From the NCBI GenBank assembly GCA_964565775.1, contig CAZMGB010000006.1, positions 9,403 through 73,402 of the forward strand: 64,000 nt of DNA. The letters are read 5' to 3'. The notes under the pieces are model-generated. The model was given only the letters and a program-made list of their open reading frames with translations. It made no database searches and was not told the origin of the DNA. Positions 34,574 through 44,439 of the stretch are shown piece by piece. This DNA comes from an uncultured Dehalococcoidia bacterium (lineage in GTDB: Bacteria > Chloroflexota > Dehalococcoidia > DSTF01 > JALHUB01). The position numbers and the translations under genes were made by a program. Position 1 is the first letter of the stretch; each line of letters begins with the position of its first letter.

Positions 34574-35953
34574 ATGACGAGTCCCTACCGTTCGCTGCCC
34601 AGCGTCGACCGCGTCCTCAGCGATGAGCGCGTCCGCGCCGTGGCGGCTGGGTTCAGCATCGACGCCGTCACAGACCTTGCTCGCGAGCAGCTGGATGAGG
34701 TCCGGCGCGCCATTGCCGCCGGCGGCGCCTGTCCGCCCTTCGACGAGATCGTCGCCGCCGTCGTGAGCCGGGCCGCCGCAGCTCTCTCTCCCTCCCTGAG
34801 GCCGGTTATCAACGCTAGCGGCGTCATCATCCACACGAACCTGGGCCGCGCCCCCCTCTCGGACGAGACGATGGCAGCGATGGAGGCGGTGGCGCGCGGC
34901 TACAGCAACCTAGAGTTCGACCTGGAGGTGGGAGAGCGGGGCTCGCGCTTCGTCCATCTGGAATCGCTCCTCCGGCGAGTAACCGGGGCGGAGGCGGGCA
35001 TCGCCGTCAACAACAACGCCTCGGCCGTCCTCCTCGCGCTCTCCGCCCTGACCCGCGACCGAGAGGTCATCATCTCCCGAGGGCAGCTCATCGAGATCGG
35101 CGGCGGCTTCCGCATCCCCGACGTCATGGGGCAGAGCGGCGCCCGGCTGGTGGACGTGGGCACGACGAACCGCACCTACCTGCGCGACTACGAGGCCGCG
35201 ATTACGGAGGAGACGGCGGCGCTGGTGCGCGTCCACGCCAGCAACTTCCGCATCGTGGGCTTTGCCCAGTCCGTGCCCCTGGCCGACCTAGCCCGCCTTG
35301 CCCGAGAGCGGGGCCTCCTGCTCATCGACGACCTGGGCAGCGGCTGCCTGATCGACACGCGCCAGTTCGGCCTGGTGGAGGAGCCTACCCCCCAGGGAAG
35401 CCTCGCCGCCGGCGCCGACCTGGTGCTCTTCTCCGGCGACAAGCTTCTGGGCGGGCCCCAGGCGGGCATCATCGTCGGCCGCCGCGAGCTCGTCGACAGG
35501 CTGAGACGCCACCCCCTGGCGAGGGCGCTGCGCATGGGCAAGAGCAGCATCGCCGGCCTTGCCGCTACGCTCACTCACTACGTCCGCGACGAGGCTCTGG
35601 AGAAGATTCCTGTCTGGCGCATGATCGCCATGCCCCTCGCGACCATCGAGAGGCGCGCCCGCCGCTGGGCCAGAGCGGTGGGCGAAGAGGCCAGCGTGGT
35701 CGACCGACGCTCGATGATCGGCGGCGGCAGCCTGCCTGAGGAGAGCCTGCCGACGCGGCTGCTCGCCCTCGGCGGCGACGGCGGTCTCGACGTTGAGGCG
35801 CTCGCGCGCAGGCTGCGCACAGGCGATCCGCCCGTCCTCGGCCGCATCGAGCGCGACCGCCTTCTCCTCGACCCGCGCACGGTGCTCCCGCGCCAGGACG
35901 CCGCCCTCCTGCGCGCCCTGCGGTCGGCGCTGGCTGCTGAGGGCCGCCCGTAG
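34574..35953 (+). CDS. selA: L-seryl-tRNA(Sec) selenium transferase
   Basis: 459 aa with N-terminal YRSLPSVDRVL, plus IEIGGGFRIPDV and a PLP-lysine context (FSGDKLLGGPQAGII). Confidence 0.85.
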   Translation: MTSPYRSLPSVDRVLSDERVRAVAAGFSIDAVTDLAREQLDEVRRAIAAGGACPPFDEIVAAVVSRAAAALSPSLRPVINASGVIIHTNLGRAPLSDETMAAMEAVARGYSNLEFDLEVGERGSRFVHLESLLRRVTGAEAGIAVNNNASAVLLALSALTRDREVIISRGQLIEIGGGFRIPDVMGQSGARLVDVGTTNRTYLRDYEAAITEETAALVRVHASNFRIVGFAQSVPLADLARLARERGLLLIDDLGSGCLIDTRQFGLVEEPTPQGSLAAGADLVLFSGDKLLGGPQAGIIVGRRELVDRLRRHPLARALRMGKSSIAGLAATLTHYVRDEALEKIPVWRMIAMPLATIERRARRWARAVGEEASVVDRRSMIGGGSLPEESLPTRLLALGGDGGLDVEALARRLRTGDPPVLGRIERDRLLLDPRTVLPRQDAALLRALRSALAAEGRP

Positions 35954-36046
35954 ACGCAGCAAGCCCGGCCGCGAAGAATCCACGATCCGCGGCGCCGCTT
36001 CGCTTTCGCTCGCGTGCTATAATCGTTCCCGATAGGGGATCGAGAC

Positions 36047-37474
36047 ATGGCAACAGTGGAGACCGGAGTTCGATACGCCTGTGTCTCGCCGCACCCGCCG
36101 GTTATCGTGCACGAGGTGGGTCGCGGCCGCGAGCGCGACATCGAGCGGACCATCAGCTCCCTGCGGCAGGTCGCCGCCGAGCTGGCCGCTCACGGTCCTG
36201 AGACCGTGCTCATCGTCAGCCCGCACGGCCCTGTCCGCTACGAGGCGATGGGCGTGCTCACCGCCCCCACCGCCACCGGAGACTTCTCCGAGTGGGGCGC
36301 GCCTTCGGTGGACTTCTTCTTCGAGAACGACACAGACGCCGTGGCGCTCCTCCAGGAGGAGGCCTCGCTGGCGGGAGTCCCTCTCGTCCCCATCGAGCAC
36401 TGGGCTCTGGACTGGGGCTGCACCGTGCCCCTCTACTACCTCCGAGACGGCATGGTGGGCGCGCGCCTGGTGCCGATGACCATCTCCCTCCTCTCGATCA
36501 GGGAGCACTATGCCTTCGGTCGTGCCGTCGGCCGCGCCCTCGCTCGTCTCGGGAAGCGGTGCGCCATCATCTGTAGCGCCGACCTCTCCCACGCCCTCAA
36601 GCCGGGCGCACCGAACGGCTACAACCCCGCCGGGCCCGAGTTCGACGAGCGGTTCTGCCGGGCGGTTGCCGGCTGGGAGGTGGACTGGGTGCTCAACGCC
36701 GACGTCAACTTCCGCCGCAACGCCGCCGAGGACGCCATCCCTCAGATGAGCCTCCTCATGGGCGCCCTCAGCGGCTACGAAGTGCAGCCACGGGTCCTCT
36801 CGTACGAGGGGCCTTTCGGGGTCGGCTACATGGTGGCCGCCATCGACATCGCGGGCGAGAAGGCCGAGGGCGACGAGCTGGCGGCGGAGGCGGCAGCACC
36901 GCGAGGCGAGCGAGAACCCGCGCGCGAGCTGTCCCTCGCATCGACGGCCGGCACCCACCCTTTGGTGCGCCTGGCGCGGGCGGCCGTCGAGCGCTACGTG
37001 CGTTTCGGGGCGACGACCGTGCCGGTTGACGTACCGCCGGATTTCTCGCGGCCGGCGGGGGCTTTCGTATCGATCAAGAGCGAGGGCCAGCTCCGGGGCT
37101 GCATCGGCACCATCGAGCCCACACAGCCGAGCCTCGCCGAAGAGGTCGTAAGCAACGCCATCGGCTCCGCCACTCACGACCCCCGCTTCCTGCCCATCGA
37201 GGAGGAGGAGCTACCCGGCCTGACCTATAGCGTGGATGTCCTCACTCCGCCCGAGCCCATCGACGGGCCGGAGGCGCTGGACCCCAGGCGATACGGAGTG
37301 ATCGTCAGGAGCGGGCGGCGTCGAGGCCTGCTCCTGCCGGACCTGGAAGGCATCGATTCGGTCGAGGAGCAGATCGGCATTGCCTGCGCCAAGGCGGGCA
37401 TCGCCTACGGGCCGTCGGGCCTGCCTGAGGAGCCCGTCGACCTCTACCGCTTCGAAGTCAAGCGCTACAGCTAA
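36047..37474 (+). CDS. fusion protein: LigB-type (class III extradiol dioxygenase/Memo-like) domain + AMMECR1 domain
   Basis: The N-terminal half is LigB-like ([21 protein letters not shown]). The C-terminal half has the AMMECR1 signature ([27 protein letters not shown]). Confidence 0.7.
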   Translation: MATVETGVRYACVSPHPPVIVHEVGRGRERDIERTISSLRQVAAELAAHGPETVLIVSPHGPVRYEAMGVLTAPTATGDFSEWGAPSVDFFFENDTDAVALLQEEASLAGVPLVPIEHWALDWGCTVPLYYLRDGMVGARLVPMTISLLSIREHYAFGRAVGRALARLGKRCAIICSADLSHALKPGAPNGYNPAGPEFDERFCRAVAGWEVDWVLNADVNFRRNAAEDAIPQMSLLMGALSGYEVQPRVLSYEGPFGVGYMVAAIDIAGEKAEGDELAAEAAAPRGEREPARELSLASTAGTHPLVRLARAAVERYVRFGATTVPVDVPPDFSRPAGAFVSIKSEGQLRGCIGTIEPTQPSLAEEVVSNAIGSATHDPRFLPIEEEELPGLTYSVDVLTPPEPIDGPEALDPRRYGVIVRSGRRRGLLLPDLEGIDSVEEQIGIACAKAGIAYGPSGLPEEPVDLYRFEVKRYS

Positions 37475-37574
37475 TGTCGATGAATGTAGAGGAGGCCTTC
37501 AGGCCTCCACTGGCCGCCCCCGGACGAGAACTGGGGAAGCCAGCCGCCGACTCAACGTCCATGCCCTTGCACGA

Positions 37575-38102
37575 ATGATCCGACCCTGCCGCCCCCAGGA
37601 CCTCGAGCAGATCTGGCGCATCATTAACGAGGCCGCCGTCGCCTACAAGGGCGTCATCCCCGACGACTGCTACCACGACCCCTACATGCCCCGCGAAGAG
37701 CTCGACGCCGAAGCCCGCGAGATGACCTTCTTCGGCTGGGAGGAGGACGTGCTGGTCGGCGTCATGGGCTTCCAGCAGGTCGGCGGCGCGGCGAGCGGGC
37801 CGCCGGCCGTCACCCTCATCCGCCACGCCTACGTCCTGCCGTCGAACCAGCGACGCGGCATCGGCGACCGGCTCCTCACCCACCTCATCGGCCTGACGAC
37901 GACGCCCCGCCTGCTCGTGGGCACGTGGGCGGACGCTTCGTGGGCGATCGCATTCTACGAGAAGCACGGCTTCCGCCTGCTGCCCGACGGCGACCGGCTG
38001 CTGCGGACGTACTGGCACATCCCCGACCGCCAGCGCGAGACGTCTGTGGTGCTGGGCCGCGAACTCCGAGGTGACGCCAACGGAGTCAGCGGGCGGAACT
38101 GA
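37575..38102 (+). CDS. GNAT family N-acetyltransferase
   Basis: Start re-called to ATG 37575. Acetyl-CoA motif QRRGIGDRLLTHL. Confidence 0.7.
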   Translation: MIRPCRPQDLEQIWRIINEAAVAYKGVIPDDCYHDPYMPREELDAEAREMTFFGWEEDVLVGVMGFQQVGGAASGPPAVTLIRHAYVLPSNQRRGIGDRLLTHLIGLTTTPRLLVGTWADASWAIAFYEKHGFRLLPDGDRLLRTYWHIPDRQRETSVVLGRELRGDANGVSGRN

Positions 38103-38121
38103 ATGTGGCGAGCGAGGACTA

Positions 38122-38316
38122 CTAAATCCCGGGTACTTCGAACTGTCTGGATGGCCCAGGTTGACCCTTGATCGCGTTGCGCACCGTGTCGAAGTAGCGG
38201 AGGTAGTCTTGAACGTACTTGTCAATGTCTCCAGTGGTGGTACGCTTGGCGACCTGCTCAGCTACGTGTAGTTCCTTCAGCATGTCGAACGCAAGTTGGT
38301 TGATCTGCGGATCCAT
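38122..38316 (-). CDS. small hypothetical protein (64 aa)
   Basis: Strong RBS (GAAGGAGGAAC) and non-GC-biased composition in a lower-GC pocket. Confidence 0.5.
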   Translation of the reverse strand: MDPQINQLAFDMLKELHVAEQVAKRTTTGDIDKYVQDYLRYFDTVRNAIKGQPGPSRQFEVPGI

Positions 38317-38476
38317 CCGTGGGTTCCTCCTTCACATGTTGGCAGAATAATAGCACAAGTGTTTGGATGACTCAAGACCGGATACTTCGCACAGCGCCAC
38401 GACTCATAATCCTGCCGTCTCGTTGAGAACCTCGGATACGGCCTCAACGCCGGAATCGCAGCGAAAGGACGGTGCA

Positions 38477-38914
38477 ATGGAAGTGAGATTGAGGGTACCG
38501 TCGCTCCGCGTGGGATGGTTCACAGCAGTCCTGATCCTGCTGCTCGTGGGCTTCTTGCCCTTGGACAAGACCCTCCTGCACTGGTATGTGCCCGACACGG
38601 GCCAACTGCGGGCCGACATGGCCGCGGTTGACGGAGACCTGCGGCGCCTCGACTCAAGCGCAGACGCCATGGCGGGGACCATATCGGAGCTCAAGAACCA
38701 GGTCGGGAGTGATACGACGGCGGATCTTGTGAACACCGTTCAGATGGGGCAGATCTTCCGCCTCACTGACGCGGTGGCAGTGCTGTCCCTCGTCAGCGCC
38801 TATGGCGGCTTCCAGTCCACAGTCTCGCCCTCGGGTAAGGCCTGCGTAGCTTGGCTTCTCCGGGGCGAGGGTTCACTGACGGACTGCGGCTTCAGCCATG
38901 TAGAGAGCCCGTAG
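38477..38914 (+). CDS. hypothetical membrane-anchored protein
   Basis: Start re-called to ATG 38477 (RBS AAAGGACGG). N-terminal TM helix followed by a coiled-coil-like segment. Confidence 0.45.
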   Translation: MEVRLRVPSLRVGWFTAVLILLLVGFLPLDKTLLHWYVPDTGQLRADMAAVDGDLRRLDSSADAMAGTISELKNQVGSDTTADLVNTVQMGQIFRLTDAVAVLSLVSAYGGFQSTVSPSGKACVAWLLRGEGSLTDCGFSHVESP

Positions 38915-39059
38915 GGGTGGGGGCGCATCTGGCGGGCACCCAGGGCCGGGCAGGGGCCAGCCCTGCCGCTACGCCGACCTCCGGATGACTAGCCGCTACA
39001 CTACTCGTGTGCGCGGCCACGCGGCCGTTCGGACGCAATTCTGCTACAATTCGTAGCAG

Positions 39060-41465
39060 ATGAAGGAGCACACACTCTCCATCCTCGAGTTCGACAAGAT
39101 CCTGTCGCGGCTGGCCCGCCACACCTCGTTCTCGGCGGGCCGCAGCCTCGCCCTGTCGTTGCGGCCGACCGCCGATTTCGACGAGGTGGTGCGGCGGCAG
39201 CGCGTCACGGCGGAGGCGCGTCGCCTGCGCGAGATGCAGCCGAGCGCCGGCCTGGGCGGCGTCAGCGACGTGCGGCCCCAGGCCCATAAGGCGGCGCTGG
39301 CCGGCATCCTGGAGCCGACTGAGCTCCTCGATGTCGCCTCCACACTCCGCACCGCCGGCAGCCTGCGCGCCACCATCACGCGCCTCGACCGCAGCGCGCC
39401 GGGCGGCCAGGGGCTGCGCCTGCTGGCGGAGATCGCGGGCGGCATCGCCGACCTGTCGGAGCTGGTGTCGAGTATCGGGAGCTGCATCAACGAGCGCGCC
39501 GAGGTCAACGACAACGCCAGCCCGATGCTCGCCATTCTTCGCCGCGACGTGCGCATCGCCCACGACCGCCTCCAGTCGAAGCTCCAGTCGCTCCTCAGCT
39601 CGGCCCAGGGACGGCAGGTCGTGCAGGAGCCCATCGTCACCCTGCGCGACGGCCGCTACGTCATCCCCGTCAAGGCCGACTTCCGGGGCCAGATCGAGGG
39701 CATCGTCCACGACGTCTCCTCCAGCGGCGCCACCGTCTTCATCGAGCCGCTGTCGATAGTGGAGCTGGGCAACACCTGGCGCGAGCTCCAGCTCGAGGAG
39801 CAGCGGGAGGTCGAGCGCGTGCTGCGCCGCCTCAGCGCCGAGGTGGGCCAGGCCGTCGATGAGATCGACGCCTGTGTGACGGCGCTCGCCGAGATCGACC
39901 TGGCGCTGGCGAAGGCGCGCCTGGCGGCAGACCTGGGGGCGGATGAGCTCCCCTACGACGGCGAGTCGCAGGGCTGGCTCGTGCCCCAGGCCACCGGGAC
40001 GGCCCTGAGCCTGGTGAACGCCCGCCACCCTCTGCTCAAGGGGGAGGTCGTGCCCATATCCGTCGCCGTGGGCGGCAAGTTCTCGGTCCTGCTCATCACC
40101 GGCCCCAACACCGGCGGCAAGACCGTCGCCCTCAAGACCGTCGGCCTCCTGTCGCTGATGGCCCAGGCGGGGCTGCCTGTGCCCGCCGACGCCGGGAGCC
40201 AGGTGCCCGTCTTCGCCTCCGTGAACGCCGACATCGGCGACGAGCAGAGCATCGAGCAGTCGCTCTCCACGTTCAGCAGCCACATGACGAACATCATCGA
40301 AGTCATCGCCCAGGCGCAGCCCGAGAGCCTCGTCCTCCTCGACGAGCTGGGCGCCGGCACCGACCCGACGGAGGGCTCGGCGCTGGCGAGAAGCATCCTC
40401 GAGACGCTGCTCGGCGTCGGCTGCCTGACCGTCGCCACCACCCACCACGGCGAGCTGAAGGTCTTCGCCCACGCTACGTCGGGCGTGATGAACGCCTGCG
40501 TGGAGTTCGACCCGGAGACGCTGGCGCCCACGTACCGCCTGACCATCGGCCTGCCCGGCCGCAGCAACGCCCTCGCCATCGCCGAGCGGCTCGGCCTGCC
40601 GGCCGAGCTCGTCGAAAGGGCGCGCGCGTCCCTGCCCGCGGACCAGGTGCTCGTCGAGAGCCTGTTGGCCGACATCCAGGCGGAGCGACAGGAGGCGGCG
40701 GCCACGCGCCGGGCGGAGGAGCTGGCGCGCCGGGAGACGGAAGACATCCGCGCCCGCCTCGAGGAGAAGCTGGACGCCCTCGACGACGAGCGCGACCAGG
40801 TGCTCGCCTCCACCCGCGCCGCCATGGAGGAGGAGCTGGCCGCCACCAAGGACCTCCTCGCCCAGGCCGCGAAGCGCATCGGCAAGCGGAAGATCCGGCC
40901 CGCCGCCGAGAAGCTCGCCGCCGCAGAGGCGCTCGTCACGAAGGTCAAGCAGCAGCCGCAGCCGCAGCGCCGTCGCCGCAAGAAGGAGCCGCCTGGCATC
41001 CCGCCGGAGCAGATCCAGGCGGGCGACCAGGTGTGGCTGCGGGGGCTGGGCCGCTTCGGGGAGGCGCTGGGCACGCCCGACGAGCGGGGTGAAGTGGAGC
41101 TGCGCCTCGGCGTCCTGCACAGTCGCGTCCCCCTGAGCGAGGTCGAGAAGGTGACGCGCCCCCACGAGCGCAAGGGGCCCGCCGTTCCCACGCCAGAGCT
41201 GCCGCCTCCGCCGCCGCCGCCGGACTACGAACTCGACATCCGCGGCATGACGGGCGACGAGGCGCTGCCGCTCCTCGACAAGTACCTGGACGACGCCTAC
41301 CGGGCAGGGCTGACGCCGGTGCGCATCGTCCACGGCAAGGGGACGGGGGCGCTGCGGCGTACGGTGCGGGAGTGGCTGGCGGCCCACCCGCTGGTGCGGT
41401 CGACGGAGACGGCGCCGCGGGAGGAGGGCGGCGAGGGCGTGACCGTGGTCTCGCTCGCGGGGTGA
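39060..41465 (+). CDS. mutS2: endonuclease MutS2 (MutS domain + C-terminal Smr)
   Basis: Walker A ITGPNTGGKTV, DELGAGTDP, and an Smr domain (LDIRGMTGDEAL...VRIVHGKGTGALR). Confidence 0.9.
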   Translation: MKEHTLSILEFDKILSRLARHTSFSAGRSLALSLRPTADFDEVVRRQRVTAEARRLREMQPSAGLGGVSDVRPQAHKAALAGILEPTELLDVASTLRTAGSLRATITRLDRSAPGGQGLRLLAEIAGGIADLSELVSSIGSCINERAEVNDNASPMLAILRRDVRIAHDRLQSKLQSLLSSAQGRQVVQEPIVTLRDGRYVIPVKADFRGQIEGIVHDVSSSGATVFIEPLSIVELGNTWRELQLEEQREVERVLRRLSAEVGQAVDEIDACVTALAEIDLALAKARLAADLGADELPYDGESQGWLVPQATGTALSLVNARHPLLKGEVVPISVAVGGKFSVLLITGPNTGGKTVALKTVGLLSLMAQAGLPVPADAGSQVPVFASVNADIGDEQSIEQSLSTFSSHMTNIIEVIAQAQPESLVLLDELGAGTDPTEGSALARSILETLLGVGCLTVATTHHGELKVFAHATSGVMNACVEFDPETLAPTYRLTIGLPGRSNALAIAERLGLPAELVERARASLPADQVLVESLLADIQAERQEAAATRRAEELARRETEDIRARLEEKLDALDDERDQVLASTRAAMEEELAATKDLLAQAAKRIGKRKIRPAAEKLAAAEALVTKVKQQPQPQRRRRKKEPPGIPPEQIQAGDQVWLRGLGRFGEALGTPDERGEVELRLGVLHSRVPLSEVEKVTRPHERKGPAVPTPELPPPPPPPDYELDIRGMTGDEALPLLDKYLDDAYRAGLTPVRIVHGKGTGALRRTVREWLAAHPLVRSTETAPREEGGEGVTVVSLAG
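41411..41465 (+). repeat. mutS2 3'-terminal 55 bp, copy A (functional end)
   Basis: ggcgccgcgggaggagggcggcgagggcgtgaccgtggtctcgctcgcggggtga. Confidence 0.85.
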
Positions 41466-41486
41466 AGCCTACACTGGGGCCGGGTC

Positions 41487-41687
41487 ATGCCGAAAGTCCG
41501 AGAGGTCATCCGCCGACTGGAAAGAGAGGGCTGGGTCTTGGCAAGAACACGCGGCAGCCATCGACAGTACAGGCATCCTGACAAGCCTGGCCTGGTGACA
41601 ATTGCGGGCCGCCTGAACGATGACCTGGCGCCCGGCACTCACAACAGCATTCTCAAGCAGGCGGGGCTGAAGGGAGACGACGAATGA
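41487..41687 (+). CDS. hicA: HicA-family mRNA interferase toxin
   Basis: 66 aa; LEREGWVLARTRGSHRQYRHP is the YcfA/HicA signature. Confidence 0.8.
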   Translation: MPKVREVIRRLEREGWVLARTRGSHRQYRHPDKPGLVTIAGRLNDDLAPGTHNSILKQAGLKGDDE

Positions 41688-41890
41688 GATACGCGGTCGT
41701 CTACGAGAAGACACCCAACAACTATTCAGCATACGTGCCTGACCTGCCCGGCTGCGTGGCTACAGGGAGAACGCGCGAGGAAGTGGAGCGCAGGATCCGA
41801 CAAGCCATCGAATTGCACGTGCAGGGACTGCGTCGGGAAGGGGAGCCCGTTCCGGAGCCCACGAGCTGGACGGAGCTGGTCGAGGCATGA
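41684..41890 (+). CDS. hicB: HicB-family antitoxin (UPF0150 fold)
   Basis: 68 aa; YSAYVPDLPGCVATGRTREEVERRIRQAIELH. Confidence 0.75.
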   Translation: MRYAVVYEKTPNNYSAYVPDLPGCVATGRTREEVERRIRQAIELHVQGLRREGEPVPEPTSWTELVEA

Positions 41891-41900
41891 GCCGCCTCCC

Positions 41901-41955
41901 GGCGCCGCGGGAGGAGGGCGGCGTGGGCGTGACGGTGGTCTCGCTCGCGGGATGA
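41901..41955 (+). repeat. mutS2 3'-terminal 55 bp, copy B (about 4 mismatches)
   Basis: ggcgccgcgggaggagggcggcgtgggcgtgacggtggtctcgctcgcgggatga. Confidence 0.85.
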
Positions 41956-41994
41956 GGCCAGCCCGTACGTGAGATATACTTAGCGGGGTGAGTT

Positions 41995-42222
41995 ATGGCC
42001 TATCGAGGCGTGGTGCAGCGGTTCGAAGTCGTGTTCGAGCCCGAAGAGGAGGGCGGCTACCACGTGTACTGCCCAGCTCTCAAGGGCTGCCACTCGTTCG
42101 GACGCACCAAGCAAGAAGCAAGGGAGAAGATAGCCGAGGCCATCGAACTCTGGCTGGAGACCGCTTCCGAACTGAATCTGCCCATCCCGGAGCGTGAGAT
42201 CGTCGAGGTCGGCCGCGGGTGA
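41995..42222 (+). CDS. hicB: HicB-family antitoxin (second module, antitoxin first)
   Basis: 75 aa; GYHVYCPALKGCHSFGRTKQEAREKIAEAIELW. Confidence 0.75.
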   Translation: MAYRGVVQRFEVVFEPEEEGGYHVYCPALKGCHSFGRTKQEAREKIAEAIELWLETASELNLPIPEREIVEVGRG

Positions 42223-42446
42223 GCGAACGCCTGCCGTCGGTGCGGCCCCGCGAAGTGCTGCGAGCGCTGGAGAAGGCAGGCTGGCAGATCCACCGGAGAA
42301 GGGGCAGCCACGTATCACTGCGTAAGGAAGGCTGCCCCTATATTGTGGTCATTCCGATGCACGCGCGTCAGATGCCCAGGGGCACCCTGATGGACATCGT
42401 CAAGGACGCCGGCCTCACGCCCGACGAGTTCGCGCGCCTCCTGTAG
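42219..42446 (+). CDS. hicA: HicA-family toxin (second module)
   Basis: 75 aa; LEKAGWQIHRRRGSHVSLRKEG. Confidence 0.8.
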   Translation: MSERLPSVRPREVLRALEKAGWQIHRRRGSHVSLRKEGCPYIVVIPMHARQMPRGTLMDIVKDAGLTPDEFARLL

Positions 42447-42454
42447 GCCAGAGC

Positions 42455-42498
42455 GCGAAGGCGGCGAGGGCGTGACAGTGGTATCGCTGGCGGGGTGA
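42455..42498 (+). repeat. mutS2 3'-terminal segment, copy C (about 44 bp, more diverged)
   Basis: gcgaaggcggcgagggcgtgacagtggtatcgctggcggggtga. Confidence 0.75.
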
Positions 42499-42505
42499 AC
42501 GAGAT

Positions 42506-43786
42506 ATGGACATAGGCTGGAGTCTGATAGGAAAGCCCATCCGCTGGCTTTGGGACAGGATTCGTGGCCGTCCGACAGTGCAGGCCGAGAAGTCTGTGGC
42601 CGCAGGCAGGGATCAGTCTATCAGCGGTGCTGTGGCCACGGGACCAGGCATTGCGGCTTCAGGCGCGGGCCAGACAGTAATTCAGGTGCAGCCGGGCGCC
42701 ACGCTCAACTGGTACGCCGACGGTGTGCCCCAGGCCCCGCCCGAGATCAGCGATCCCTTCGAAGAGGGGCAGCGCCTACAGGGCGATCATCGGCATGACG
42801 ATGCTATCGCCGCGTTCGAGCGCGCGTTGGGCGCAGCAACCACCAACAGTCAGCGGGGAGCGCTACACCTGCACATCGGGATAAGCCACTACCTGTCGGG
42901 ACGGATGGTGGAGGCGGAGGGCAAGTACCACGAGGCGCTGCGGCTGTTCACAGCGGCCGAAGACGACGAGGGCCAGGCCGCGGCCCTCGGCAACCTGGGC
43001 CTCGTCTACGCCGACCGCGGCGACCTCGACCGAGCTGAAAGGCACTTCAGCGAGGCCCTCGAGATCCACCGCCGCATCGACCACCTTCTCGGCCAGGCCA
43101 GCGACCTCGGCAATCTGGGCCTCGTCTACGGCCAGCGCGGCGACCTCGACCGGGCTGAGGAGCACTTCCGACAGGTGCTGGTGATGCACGAGCAGGAAGA
43201 CAATCCACTGAGTCGCGCAAACGCCCTGGGGGCTTTGGCCAACGTCTGCCGCCAGCGCGGGGATCTCGACCAAGCGCAGGAACACTACGAGCAGGCCATG
43301 GAGATCAACCGCCGCATCGATGACCCTTCCGGCGAGGCCACTAACCTCGGCAATCTGGGCCTCGTCTACTATCAGCGCGGCGACCTCGACCGCGCTGAGG
43401 AGCACCACAAAGAGGCCCTTGAGATGAACCGCCGCATCCATCGCCCAGTCGGCGAGGCCATCCAGCTCGGCAACCTGGGCAACGTCTACTTCCGCCGCGG
43501 CGACCTCGACCGCGCCGAGGAGCACTACAAGCAGGCCCTGGACATAGACCGCAAGATCGGCAACTCACTTGGACAGGCAGAGGATCTTCAGAGCCTGGGC
43601 GCGTTAGCCGTGCGTCGCGAGCACTGGGATGAGGCGCGGCAGCTATTGACTGAGGCGCTGGCCCTCTACGAGCGCATCGGAGGGGGCGGCGAGAATCCGG
43701 AGAAGGTTCGGGCGGCGCTGAAGCGGCTGGAGGAGGCCACCCCCAAGCAGCCCCGCAGAACGCGGCGCAAGCGGAAGGAGGAGTGA
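42506..43786 (+). CDS. tetratricopeptide (TPR) repeat protein
   Basis: About 8 consecutive 40-aa repeats (A..LGNLGLVY..RGDLDRAEEH...AL). Confidence 0.8.
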   Translation: MDIGWSLIGKPIRWLWDRIRGRPTVQAEKSVAAGRDQSISGAVATGPGIAASGAGQTVIQVQPGATLNWYADGVPQAPPEISDPFEEGQRLQGDHRHDDAIAAFERALGAATTNSQRGALHLHIGISHYLSGRMVEAEGKYHEALRLFTAAEDDEGQAAALGNLGLVYADRGDLDRAERHFSEALEIHRRIDHLLGQASDLGNLGLVYGQRGDLDRAEEHFRQVLVMHEQEDNPLSRANALGALANVCRQRGDLDQAQEHYEQAMEINRRIDDPSGEATNLGNLGLVYYQRGDLDRAEEHHKEALEMNRRIHRPVGEAIQLGNLGNVYFRRGDLDRAEEHYKQALDIDRKIGNSLGQAEDLQSLGALAVRREHWDEARQLLTEALALYERIGGGGENPEKVRAALKRLEEATPKQPRRTRRKRKEE

Positions 43787-44439
43787 TAGCCCTGGACTTC
43801 TTCGAAGTGGCGCGCACCCAGAAGACGATGCGCCGCCTCCTGCCCGACCCCATCTCCGACGACGACCTGTGGACGGTGCTCGACACCGCCATCCGCGCCC
43901 CCAGCGGCGGCAATCGACAGGGCTGGAACTTCATCGTCGTGCGCGACGCGGAGTCGAAGCGCAGGCTAGGCGAGTACTACCTCGACGCCTGGAACCGGCT
44001 CTACGGCCTCGTCCCGAGGGAACAGTTCGCCGGCCCCCGGGCGGCACGGAACTACCGCTCGGCGGAGCATCTCGCCCACCACCTGGCCGAGGCGCCCGTC
44101 ATCATCATCGTCACTCTTCGCAGGGACGGCCTCGCCGCTGGGCCCACGGCCGGCTCCTCGATCTACCCGGCGGTGCAGAACCTGATGCTGGCGGCGCGGG
44201 CGCTGGGGCTGGGGACGGCCCTCACGACGCTCCACAAGCTGCACGAGGAGGAAGTGAAGCAGCTCCTGGGCATCCCGGACGGCGTCGAGACCATGGCTCT
44301 TATACCCCTCGGCCGCCCGAAGGGCCGCTTCGGCGAGCCAGCGCGCCTGCCCGTCCAGAAGGTGGTCTACTGGGAGAAGTGGGGCGAGCGGAGAGAGCGC
44401 GGCGCATTTGGCCTCGTAGCCCAAGCCACGCTGCAATGA
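43783..44439 (+). CDS. nitroreductase family protein
   Basis: RAPSGGNRQGWNFIVV motif. The stop overlaps the cofD start. Confidence 0.7.
   Translation: MIALDFFEVARTQKTMRRLLPDPISDDDLWTVLDTAIRAPSGGNRQGWNFIVVRDAESKRRLGEYYLDAWNRLYGLVPREQFAGPRAARNYRSAEHLAHHLAEAPVIIIVTLRRDGLAAGPTAGSSIYPAVQNLMLAARALGLGTALTTLHKLHEEEVKQLLGIPDGVETMALIPLGRPKGRFGEPARLPVQKVVYWEKWGERRERGAFGLVAQATLQ

Noticed and set aside
38892-41387. 831-aa ORF on the minus strand
   Set aside because: It is antisense to mutS2, which has clear Walker A and Smr motifs. The sequence is Arg/Ala/Gly/Leu-rich and low in complexity, which is typical of a high-GC shadow ORF.
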